Positions 40,954 through 48,964 of a DNA stretch of 64,000 nt are shown here, piece after piece (the stretch's first letter is position 1; each line of letters starts with the position of its first letter). The DNA lies in NCBI GenBank assembly GCA_964355515.1, contig CAYHDV010000002.1:6622-70621 (forward strand), in the 5' to 3' direction. The translations under genes were made by a program, and so were the position numbers. Source of the DNA: an uncultured Candidatus Saccharibacteria bacterium. GTDB lineage: Bacteria > Patescibacteriota > Minisyncoccia > Phycocordibacterales > CSBR16-119. Below the pieces are notes generated by a model. That model was not told the origin of the DNA, did no database searches, and saw nothing but the letters and a program-made list of their open reading frames with translations.

Positions 40954-41160
40954 TTAGTCGTCATTTAAATACCTTTTGTTTCTCTGTTCTTGGGCAGAAT
41001 CAAACATTTTTTTACGATTATTACTGATATCAGTTCCCGTAATCATATCTGAACTTTTACCTGTCCCTAGGCACGAATGGCAATCAGTTGGGCTTGAATG
41101 ACCTCTACTAGTTTTAAAATGAATCTTTCCTGTTCCGTTGCAAGTTGTACATTTTCCCAT
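40954..41160 (-). CDS. Small DnaJ-type CxxCxGxG zinc-finger protein
   Basis: CTTCNGTGK…CHSCLGTGK. Confidence 0.55.
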   Translation of the reverse strand: MGKCTTCNGTGKIHFKTSRGHSSPTDCHSCLGTGKSSDMITGTDISNNRKKMFDSAQEQRNKRYLNDD

Positions 41161-41166
41161 ATATTT

Positions 41167-41769
41167 TTATTTACTTTTCATCACATTTGGGATTTGTGCC
41201 AAGAAATCTGGAACCCAGAAATCATCAAACCAGTACATTGTAGCGAGAACGGCTCTCTTTATTAAATCTCTTGCAGATTCCTCATCTAATACACCTTTAT
41301 GGTCTGCGTCTTCCAATAGTGTTGCCATAAGTTCAATAAAATATTGAATAGTATCTGTAAAGGTGGGTACTATACGTTGGCCCATATTTTTTACAGGTAC
41401 ATAGGTTATCATTTCATCGTCTATTGGGATTTTAAAATCAGAAAGTTGTTCTTTTTTAATGCCGATAGTGTTTGCAAGCGAAAGGATGTTCACAATCATT
41501 TTTAGAGTAGCAGTTTTTTGGATTAAGGGAATGTTTCCCAGTTTTTCATCAGGCTGAGCCATCCACTGTAAATTACGAACGCCTTTCTTTTCAAAAGGAA
41601 CTTCGTCATTAATTTTGTTGGCGGATTTTAAGATATGGAGTAACCCGTGATTTAAAGAGAAGATCTTTTTTCGTTCATCTGTTAGGCTTCCAATAACAGG
41701 GTAATTTTCTTCGTTGAAAATGTACCTTGAGTTTACATACTCAAAAGCATCGGTGAGGTTTTTTATCAT
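41167..41769 (-). CDS. Hypothetical protein (island gene)
   Basis: 200-aa ORF, 7 bp upstream of the zinc-finger ORF. Confidence 0.45.
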   Translation of the reverse strand: MIKNLTDAFEYVNSRYIFNEENYPVIGSLTDERKKIFSLNHGLLHILKSANKINDEVPFEKKGVRNLQWMAQPDEKLGNIPLIQKTATLKMIVNILSLANTIGIKKEQLSDFKIPIDDEMITYVPVKNMGQRIVPTFTDTIQYFIELMATLLEDADHKGVLDEESARDLIKRAVLATMYWFDDFWVPDFLAQIPNVMKSK

Positions 41770-41978
41770 TGTTTGTACTAATTTAATTTACTCAAATACT
41801 ACATTATTTACACGAAATATCAAAGTATGTTCGAACTTCTAAGTACGGTAATAAAAAATAACCTTACAAAATAAGGCTATTTTTTGAGGCTCCCACTATT
41901 GGATACGTTTAGAACTCTTAATTGGAGTGGTATTAAGAGTGATTTACATTTTAGTGGACTACTAGAACTTAGTAGTAG

Positions 41979-42389
41979 TTATTCAAAGTAATCGCTGTCT
42001 ACTTTTTTGACTTGATATGTGGCAACAATACTAACACCTAAATTAAATTCAATCATTAATTTTGCCAGTTCTTTACCGTTTATAAGTACTATTTCCATAG
42101 ATGACCTATTCCTCTCAATTGTCTCTCTTGCTTGTTTTGTATATTCAGAAGTAGTAATAAAAACACCCTTATTTGCACCTCGACTAGACATTGATCCAAT
42201 AAAATTACGCAACTCAACATCTCCAACACTGTTTTCCCAACGTTTTGCTTGTATATAAATTTTACTCAAACCAAGTCTGTCTTCACTAATAATTCCGTCT
42301 ATTCCACCATCTCCCGATTTACCGATAACAACTCCAGCGTCTTTTAGTGATCCGCCATAACCCATTGAGGTTAATAACTTTACAACCAA
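41979..42389 (-). pseudogene. Mrr-like restriction endonuclease catalytic domain, N-terminally truncated at a palindromic repeat
   Basis: Mrr_cat motifs (GKSGDGGIDGI…IYIQAKRW…VELRNFIGSM). The reading frame extends upstream (…NEILTEELLERVKLISPSDFEYLVV) to a stop that abuts repeat 42457..42483. There is no ATG start and no Mrr_N domain. Confidence 0.65.
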
Positions 42390-42456
42390 ATACTCAAAAT
42401 CACTTGGCGAAATTAATTTAACTCGTTCAAGTAGTTCTTCGGTAAGAATTTCATTT

Positions 42457-42523
42457 AACTAGCGAGGACTGTCCTAGCTAGTTATATTTAGCAAGTATTT
42501 ACCAAGGACAGTCCTAGCTAGTT
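42457..42523. repeat. Two adjacent palindromic island repeats (short form 42457..42483, long form 42484..42523)
   Basis: aactagcgaggactgtcctagctagtt, then tatatttagcaagtatttaccaaggacagtcctagctagtt. Confidence 0.85.
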
Positions 42524-42539
42524 ATGCTTGAGGCATCTC

Positions 42540-43484
42540 CTAGCCACCATAAAAATACTTTTTAAACATCGCATACCCACGTTGAAACCTCTGTTCATCA
42601 TTCCGTTCTACACCCACCCACATACTTCGGAACGCTGGACGAATATATTGTAACTCGATGCGGTTTTGGAGATTCGCGTCGATAGGACCCTCGTATTGAT
42701 CGAGGATTTTATCAAGTACATTTTGTCCGTAATGCAAGAGCCACCTAAATTCATCTGCGGGATCACCGTACTCTCGATCTCCAAAATCAATGATCTTGAC
42801 TTGCTTTTCAGTAGCGTCCCACAATACGTTATCCATCTTCAGATCGCCGTGCTTGAGTACTGATTTGAATTCGTCGTTGAGTGTCGCTCGCAGATTTGCC
42901 AGGTATTGCAAGGTTGTTTCTTGCTCATCCTGGCTTAATCGAGGTAAAGCGAAGGTTTTAACATTTTCTTCAAGTGTACGGAATGTTTGTTCTGGATCGG
43001 ATCGCCTCACATTATATTTCTCAATAATATCGAGAGGTGTGGCATGTAATTGAGACAAAAAAGAAGCTATCTGATGTATTGCAGTATCCTTTTCGTCTTC
43101 GGGTAATTTGTTGAGCATTTCAGCACTCAAAGGGTCACCATGTATATATTCGTAAGACCCAAATGATCCATCATCAGCTACGTATGTATATTCGGGTATT
43201 TGAACTCCGTCAATATGTTGATTCAAGTACGTTAGTAGACGAGCTTCATCAAGTAACGATTCGTGGGGTGCGTTCGCTTTTGGGAGTCGATACACCAACT
43301 TGTTGTCGAGGATAATAATTTCATGGTCTGAGCCACTCACAATATATTCCGCTTTATCGTAACTAATGTTCGGTTCGTGTTGCTTGATTTTTTCTAAGAG
43401 TATTGTTGTTCTCAATGACTCTTCAGTTCTCTTTTTTTCTGATCTGTCCATATACGTTGATAGTATAGCAAAAAGAAAAGCCAA
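42540..43484 (-). CDS. Aminoglycoside/small-molecule phosphotransferase (APH/ChoK kinase-like fold)
   Basis: HGDLKMDNVLWD catalytic loop and IDFGD metal-binding motif. Confidence 0.75.
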   Translation of the reverse strand: MAFLFAILSTYMDRSEKKRTEESLRTTILLEKIKQHEPNISYDKAEYIVSGSDHEIIILDNKLVYRLPKANAPHESLLDEARLLTYLNQHIDGVQIPEYTYVADDGSFGSYEYIHGDPLSAEMLNKLPEDEKDTAIHQIASFLSQLHATPLDIIEKYNVRRSDPEQTFRTLEENVKTFALPRLSQDEQETTLQYLANLRATLNDEFKSVLKHGDLKMDNVLWDATEKQVKIIDFGDREYGDPADEFRWLLHYGQNVLDKILDQYEGPIDANLQNRIELQYIRPAFRSMWVGVERNDEQRFQRGYAMFKKYFYGG

Positions 43485-43666
43485 GCAATTTCTTACTTGA
43501 CTATTCTTTATAAAAGCTCCCCCTAGTGGACGCGTTCAGAACTCTCAACTGGGTTCAAATTAAAAGAGATATTGAGTTTTCTAAGATTTTTGAAAGGTTT
43601 CCAATGATAGTACTTCAGAAATAAACAAAAAGAAAACCCACCGAAGTGGGTCTCACTTGGTGGGCT

Positions 43667-43693
43667 TAACTAGCGAGAACTGTCCTAGCTAGT
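43667..43693. repeat. Palindromic island repeat (short form)
   Basis: aactagcgagaactgtcctagctagtt. Confidence 0.85.
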
Positions 43694-43817
43694 TATTGTT
43701 GCCCCAACTGGCGGAGGATGTTAGGACTTATTTGATTACCTATGGGGGTGGCATACCCCAATACCCCGCCATAAAACCGGAGTCCCAAAAAGTAAGTGTC
43801 TAGACGATTGGGTCCTA

Positions 43818-44822
43818 CTAACTAAATCTGAATTTCCAATAATCGACTTTACTTTTAAAGCTAATAAATAAATTAATCAAACAAACTACTATTCTAGGCA
43901 TTACTCGATCAATTAAAAAATATATTATTACTAACATGCTAGCTAAAAATAGTTGGTTATCGCTATAATTTTTAAAGAAAAAAAGAATTTTTGAATGAGA
44001 AAGTGCCATATAATCAATTATAAAAAATATCACAAGAATAACCGAAATAAATAATAATGCATGGAAAGATATTATATAATCAGAACCAAGTAATTTAAAT
44101 TTTTGATTATCAACAATAGGAATAAGGTCTTTTTCAGTGTACTTATCTTGTCGAAATAAAAGAAAAAAATTATCCCTGTCTATTTCGAGAGTAGAATCTA
44201 CCCACAACTTCCCGCCAATTTTTTTACCAGTTAGAGATAAGATATCCCATAGGCATTTAAGTATCACTATAATTAACTTGATCGTAGTCTCTTTAAAGAA
44301 AATTTTAGTTTTTAAGAAAATAAGACCCCTGAGTTTTGTGGTGTCTATGTGTAAATTATAGATATAATCCACTAGTTCTCTGAGAAAAATATTTTTATTT
44401 GTTTGAGTATCAAAAATCAATTTAGATTTAACATTTAATACAAATCTTTCATCTTCTCTTAAATCTACTGGTTGCCAAGATTTTTCACTTTCTTTAAGTG
44501 ATTCTTCAGTAGGAGATCCAGTATCATCCGGATTGTAGATAATATGATTATCGAGCAAATATTTACTTGCTTTTGAAATAAAAATAAATAAAGGTGCTTT
44601 ATATTCACTATCAATATTTTTATGGTAAAAACCGACCTTAATAAGAACAACACTGTCCGGTTTACCTTCCTTGGTTATTGCAGGTTTAAATTTTGATTTA
44701 TAAGAATAAGCCTTAACAATACTAAATCCAGATACCCCAGGATGTTCATTCCAAGGTATCCTATCTTCATTTTCAACAATTGTAAGTAAGTCGAGAAAAG
44801 ACTTATTATTAGGGATTTCCAT
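43818..44822 (-). CDS. Hypothetical protein with C-terminal TM helices (island gene)
   Basis: 334-aa, very AT-rich ORF. Confidence 0.45.
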   Translation of the reverse strand: MEIPNNKSFLDLLTIVENEDRIPWNEHPGVSGFSIVKAYSYKSKFKPAITKEGKPDSVVLIKVGFYHKNIDSEYKAPLFIFISKASKYLLDNHIIYNPDDTGSPTEESLKESEKSWQPVDLREDERFVLNVKSKLIFDTQTNKNIFLRELVDYIYNLHIDTTKLRGLIFLKTKIFFKETTIKLIIVILKCLWDILSLTGKKIGGKLWVDSTLEIDRDNFFLLFRQDKYTEKDLIPIVDNQKFKLLGSDYIISFHALLFISVILVIFFIIDYMALSHSKILFFFKNYSDNQLFLASMLVIIYFLIDRVMPRIVVCLINLFISFKSKVDYWKFRFS

Positions 44823-44953
44823 AATAAAGCAAATATAACATAAATAACTAGCGAGGACTAACTAGCGAGGACTGTCCTAGCTAGTCCTAATAAAGCAAAT
44901 ATAACATAAATAACTAGCGAGGACTAACTAGCGAGGACTGTCCTAGCTAGTCC
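44823..44953. repeat. Tandem 66-bp duplication (x2), each unit carrying two palindromic-repeat halves
   Basis: taataaagcaaatataacataaataactagcgaggactaactagcgaggactgtcctagctagtcc repeated at 44822..44887 and 44888..44953, abutting the start codon of the 43818..44822 gene. Confidence 0.85.
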
Positions 44954-45213
44954 TGACCTAATGTTTCAGAGCGAACAGCTTTTTCAATTGCAAAAAATTG
45001 TGAGGCCTCTGATGGTTTTCCGATTGACTCAAAAATTATATTTCTTGTTCCGATCTCACGGATGAGAATTTTTACACCTGTTCTTTCCTTGTCGTCAGGT
45101 CTGATATCTTTTGGTAATGCAATAAGATCATCAAAAAGATTTTCTGCAAAATCCAATAGCCATACTTTCGCACCATGTGAGGTGAAAAACTCTTCTCTTT
45201 TCATTTTATTCAA
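44947..45213 (-). CDS. Hypothetical protein
   Basis: 88-aa ORF. Confidence 0.35.
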   Translation of the reverse strand: MNKMKREEFFTSHGAKVWLLDFAENLFDDLIALPKDIRPDDKERTGVKILIREIGTRNIIFESIGKPSEASQFFAIEKAVRSETLGQD

Positions 45214-45488
45214 TTTTAGTTAAACACTTTTTCTGAATGCTAACACAGTATAAAATACTTGTAAAGTTAGTAGAATCTTAGTGCCGCCAACACTTAAGCC
45301 TAAATCTTTTATGGTCACTTTAACTAGGAAGGATTGTTCTTTTAATATACTAACGTTTATTAAAATCACCTTGATTTATAAAACCGCAAGGATTGTTTTT
45401 TCTAATTAAAAATAAGAGTGGCTACTTTTTTAAAATTTGACATATTTATATTTGTAATATACAATAATAAAAAATAGAATATTGAAAT

Positions 45489-46199
45489 ATGGATAAATAT
45501 TGTGAAAATCCGATCGAAAATGAACTCTTTCAAAGAGCCCATCGGTTGATGGAAGAAACAGGGCAGAGTATTCGCAACCATGAGAAAAACTTTTATAGCT
45601 TGGCTGTGCATGAGTTTATAAAAGAAAAATATTCTTATGGCATAGGTCATCTAAAAAGGCAGATTATAATGCCAATGCCTAAAGAAGAATTAGGCAAATG
45701 CCTTAGCAGATGTGAATTAAAAAAGTATTATTCAAGTCTAACTGATCATTCTTGGCCTAAAGATTCTTTTTATCAATACAGCTTTCATGAATGTAATGGT
45801 GAATCGCTAGACTATTTGATGTATGGTTATGCTATATGTGGAGATGAGTTGATTCCTTGCGCATTTTTTATGAATTTCCTTATGACATGGAAAATTCCTG
45901 AAATTCCTAATCAACTTTTCCCTGATGAATATGCCATTGATTATATGGGCTTGAATTCTGGGAAAAATCCTGAGTGTTATATAGGAGTCAGCGTTCCTAA
46001 AGAACAGACAGAAGAATGGCTGATCTCAGCAAGTAAAACTGCTTTCCCATTGGAATATCTGGTTCAAAAACAAAATGAAGAATCAAAAGAAAATTCCGAA
46101 TGGGAGAGAGAAATATTGATGGGTCCACAAGAAATGATTGGATGTCTTTCCGGGGATAATAAAGATTTGGCGATAAAATGGCTCATGAAAAATCAATAA
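45489..46199 (+). CDS. Hypothetical Cys-containing protein (island gene)
   Basis: 236-aa ORF. A sigma70-like promoter (ttgaca-17-tatacaat) lies at ~45437..45472. Confidence 0.45.
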   Translation: MDKYCENPIENELFQRAHRLMEETGQSIRNHEKNFYSLAVHEFIKEKYSYGIGHLKRQIIMPMPKEELGKCLSRCELKKYYSSLTDHSWPKDSFYQYSFHECNGESLDYLMYGYAICGDELIPCAFFMNFLMTWKIPEIPNQLFPDEYAIDYMGLNSGKNPECYIGVSVPKEQTEEWLISASKTAFPLEYLVQKQNEESKENSEWEREILMGPQEMIGCLSGDNKDLAIKWLMKNQ

Positions 46200-46209
46200 T
46201 TAATAAGCT

Positions 46210-46539
46210 ATGGGAAATATAAATAAAAAATTGAAAGCAATTTATTTTCATTGGGTTATAAATTATGCTGGGCCTCCACCCAGATCCCTTTCTTCTACTT
46301 TTGAGGATTACCTCTACTTAGAGAGGTATACTTTTCTTGGAGATGATCGATGGCTTGAAAAAGTTCTCGCTGAATGTAATTTGGTTGATAAGGTTGAATT
46401 TGATGAGCAAATGGTTTTAATCGAAGAACAATTCAATACTTATTCGGACCAGCAACAGAAGAAGCGTGATAAAAGGATGGCTAAAGCATGGAAAACCCAT
46501 TTGTCTAATTGTGATAAAGAGGGGATTCTTCCTTTTTAA
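46210..46539 (+). CDS. Hypothetical protein
   Basis: 109-aa ORF, 10 bp after the previous gene, with a terminator-like hairpin at 46566..46598. Confidence 0.4.
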   Translation: MGNINKKLKAIYFHWVINYAGPPPRSLSSTFEDYLYLERYTFLGDDRWLEKVLAECNLVDKVEFDEQMVLIEEQFNTYSDQQQKKRDKRMAKAWKTHLSNCDKEGILPF

Positions 46540-46721
46540 CACTTTGTTCTTTTTAATTAGATTATCAAAAAATCCCCAAACATTTTGGGGATTTTTTTTA
46601 TAAATTAAAAGAAACACTGAGCTCTCTAAGATTTTTGAGATGTTTCAGATGGTGACACCTCAGAACTAATAAAAAATCTCCCGACCACTGTGTGTGAGGG
46701 AGATTTTCTAGGAAATACTTT

Positions 46722-46970
46722 TTAAGTATTCTCTAGTGTTAATTCGAAAGAACATCTTTTTGTACCAATACTCGTGCGAGTCTTTAATTTCTCTGTCGCA
46801 ACTTCTATTGCCTCTCTTAGGGAGCCTACTTTTATTTCATCCTCCCAAGATGTATCGACTGAATTATTTGGCACAATTGATGAAGACACTTCAATTTTAA
46901 GTCTATACTTTTCCATTTTATTGAGATTTAATTGGTTATCACAAAAGACAAAATCTTCTCTGAAAACCAA
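46722..46970 (-). CDS. Hypothetical protein
   Basis: 82-aa ORF. Confidence 0.3.
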   Translation of the reverse strand: MVFREDFVFCDNQLNLNKMEKYRLKIEVSSSIVPNNSVDTSWEDEIKVGSLREAIEVATEKLKTRTSIGTKRCSFELTLENT

Positions 46971-47038
46971 TCAAATATAATGTGAGAGAACGACATTGTT
47001 TATATAATATCATACTATATTTATTTGTCAAAAATTGT

Positions 47039-47153
47039 TCCGGGAGCAGGGGGATCGCCCTCGACTAAAATTTTTGAAAAAATTTTGTCTGGGCACCAGC
47101 TCGCCTATTTTTCTTATTAGAAAAATATGGCTCCGCTGTTCGATCCCTGCCCG
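47039..47153. repeat. Fragments resembling the tRNA-Asn 3' end (direct at 47039..47066, inverted at 47129..47153)
   Basis: tccgggagcagggggatcgccctcga and ggctccgctgttcgatccctgcccg, compared with the gene's ggtcgcaggttcgatccctgctcccgga. Confidence 0.6.
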
Positions 47154-47270
47154 AAAGCCAAGCAGTTGGCTTTCTTCCCGTCGCTCAAAAAATCAAAAGC
47201 CGCCTTTTCAGGCGACTTAAGATTTTTACGAGCTCCGGGAGCAGGGATCGAACCTGCGACCAATCGATTA

Positions 47271-47850
47271 CACATTTTCCTAATGTTTCCAAAAGGGGTG
47301 GACTATATCATATCCAGTCATCATTTCTGATGCGATGGACCGAGGCGCTTCGACCACGCTTTTCGTGGGCTACTCCCTTGTGGGATAGTCTCTGAACCTT
47401 CAATTGGATTTCTCCAAAAGCTTGGCTGCTGATTACCCACAGCATTACCTGTTTGGGCTTCCAGACAATTCACCTCGTTTTCAACCTACATTTCTATAGG
47501 AAGCTGCGTTACACCGTCGTGCACTTCAGCATGACAATTTGCACAAAGTAAGACACATTTGTCTAGTTCTTTTTGTACTTTTATCCATGCTCTTGTAACA
47601 CCTCTTGCAGAAATTCCAAAAGATTTTTTGGAAGGATCGATATGATGGAAGTTTAATGCCCTTGATGATTTTTTATAACCACAAATGACACATACACCTC
47701 CTTTATATTCGATCGATTTCGTCATGAGAAGTTTCCTTCTTTTGACAACTGCTTTTTTAAGGTATTCTGCACGATCAGCATATGTTCTTTTTTCTTTGCT
47801 TGGCATATACACTGTATTCTACCATGCTTAGAAAAAGGGAACGTGAGTTC
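47271..47850 (-). ncRNA. Group I self-splicing intron (580 nt) with embedded HNH ORF
   Basis: Conserved core elements on the minus strand: GGTTCAGAGACTA (P7 5' strand/R element) and GATATGATATAGTCCACC (S element/P7 3' strand). The intron ends in G before the 3' exon and the 5' exon ends in U. Confidence 0.75.
47486..47812 (-). CDS. Intron-encoded HNH homing endonuclease
   Basis: CVICG…NFHHIDPSKK…LLCANCHAEVHDG, an HNH zinc-finger nuclease motif. Lies entirely inside the group I intron. Confidence 0.8.
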   Translation of the reverse strand: MYMPSKEKRTYADRAEYLKKAVVKRRKLLMTKSIEYKGGVCVICGYKKSSRALNFHHIDPSKKSFGISARGVTRAWIKVQKELDKCVLLCANCHAEVHDGVTQLPIEM

Positions 47851-47946
47851 ACAGTCGATTGCTCTACCGCTGAGCTATCCCGGAATACTGGCATATCTAA
47901 TTAAAGATACTAAAATATTCTATCAAAAAAGTGGTAAAATGCAACC

Positions 47947-48171
47947 ATGTATATAAAGGTTATGGTTGTCGCAAATGCGAAAAAAGAGAGCTTTGTCCAA
48001 AAAAGTGAGAATTCCTTCATTGCCTCTGTTAAAGAGCCCGCAGAGCGAAATTTGGCTAATAAAAGAATGCTAGAACTTGTGGCTGGGCAATATGGAATAG
48101 ACCAGAAGAAGGTCAGAATTGTAAATGGTCATCACCACCCAAGTAAGCTTCTTTCTGTGGATATTGATTAA
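47947..48171 (+). CDS. DUF167/YggU-family protein
   Basis: IKVMVVANAKKESF…ANKRMLELVAGQYGIDQKKVRIVNGHHHPSK pattern. Confidence 0.6.
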   Translation: MYIKVMVVANAKKESFVQKSENSFIASVKEPAERNLANKRMLELVAGQYGIDQKKVRIVNGHHHPSKLLSVDID

Positions 48172-48207
48172 TCTGCTATAATTAGGTTATTAGTAACATA
48201 ATCAAAT

Positions 48208-48594
48208 ATGCTTATGGAAAATACAAAAATCAACTTAAAGGCTACTGGGATGGATCTTACAGATGCGATTCGGGATTATGTAGAAAAGAGGGTTACTAAT
48301 TTAGATAAACTTATTTCCAAAGTAGAGTCAGATGTGTTGATAGAATTTGAAGTTGGGAAGACAACCAATCATCATAATAATTCAGAATCTTTGTTCAAGG
48401 CGGAATGCAGGGTGACTTTTTCTGGAAAGGATTACTATGCATCAACAAGTGAGTCTGAATTGTACTCAGCAATTGATATTGTAAAAGATAAGATTTTCCA
48501 AGATATCAAACAAGATAGAGATAGATCAAGAAACCTATTCATTAGAAGCGCAAGAAGTCTGAAAAAAAGAATCAAGGGTTTTAAACCTTGGTAG
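48208..48594 (+). CDS. hpf: Ribosome hibernation promoting factor (RaiA/HPF family)
   Basis: N-terminal I(N)LKATGMDLTDAIRDYVEKRV…LIEFEV and overall length. Confidence 0.75.
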   Translation: MLMENTKINLKATGMDLTDAIRDYVEKRVTNLDKLISKVESDVLIEFEVGKTTNHHNNSESLFKAECRVTFSGKDYYASTSESELYSAIDIVKDKIFQDIKQDRDRSRNLFIRSARSLKKRIKGFKPW

Positions 48595-48653
48595 GATTGT
48601 AGAAAAAAGTGTCAGACTTTAGATGGTTTTTAGGAATATGATATACTGAAATT

Positions 48654-48944
48654 ATGAAAGATGATTATGTAACAAAAAAAGATCTTCAAGATTTTGGTGA
48701 GAAGCTTGAGCAAAGAATTGAGCAAAGAATTGATCAAAAGATCGAAGAAAAGCTTGAACCTATTCGATATGATTTAAACAAGCTGGGAGTCACTCAAGAA
48801 CAAATGATGCATAGCATACAAGCAATAATTGAAATGCTTGCTCCAAATCTAGAAAGAACAACTGATCATGGATACAGAATCGTCGCAAACGAAGAAAAAA
48901 TTAAAGAGCATGATATTCAAATAGGGGTGTTGCAAAAGAAGTAG
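48654..48944 (+). CDS. Hypothetical coiled-coil protein
   Basis: 96-aa ORF. Confidence 0.35.
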   Translation: MKDDYVTKKDLQDFGEKLEQRIEQRIDQKIEEKLEPIRYDLNKLGVTQEQMMHSIQAIIEMLAPNLERTTDHGYRIVANEEKIKEHDIQIGVLQKK

Positions 48945-48964
48945 GTTGAGTACAGAAAATCCGC

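Larger units (their letters stand above)
47233..47884 (-). tRNA. tRNA-Asn(GUU) interrupted in the anticodon loop by a group I intron; exons complement(47851..47884) and complement(47233..47270)
   Basis: 5' exon TCCGGGA-TA-GCTC-AGCGGTA-GAGC-A-ATCGA-CTGT. 3' exon TAA-TCGAT-TGGTC-GCAGG-TTCGATC-CCTGC-TCCCGGA-G. Joined, they give a canonical 72-nt cloverleaf with anticodon loop CUGUUAA, near-identical in arm sequences to Bacillus tRNA-Asn. Confidence 0.8.

Noticed and set aside
44822-44953. CRISPR array, considered for the tandem repeats here and at 63205..63357
   Set aside because: There are only 2–3 units. The 'repeats' differ while the 'spacers' are constant, the reverse of CRISPR. No cas genes, no leader and no unique spacers.
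40836-44953. Integron gene-cassette array with attC sites
   Set aside because: The palindromes begin with AAC and end with GTT, but the flanking RYYYAAC/GTTRRRY core sites match poorly. No intI is present and the repeat length is atypical, so it is treated as a generic palindromic repeat.
47035-47340. Possible tmRNA, or a second tRNA, suggested by T-arm-like GGTTCGATCC sequences
   Set aside because: The T-arm at 47236..47256 pairs perfectly, with an acceptor and anticodon-stem partner, with the 5' half at 47851..47884. That makes it the 3' exon of an intron-split tRNA-Asn. The other copies are short fragments lacking acceptor partners.
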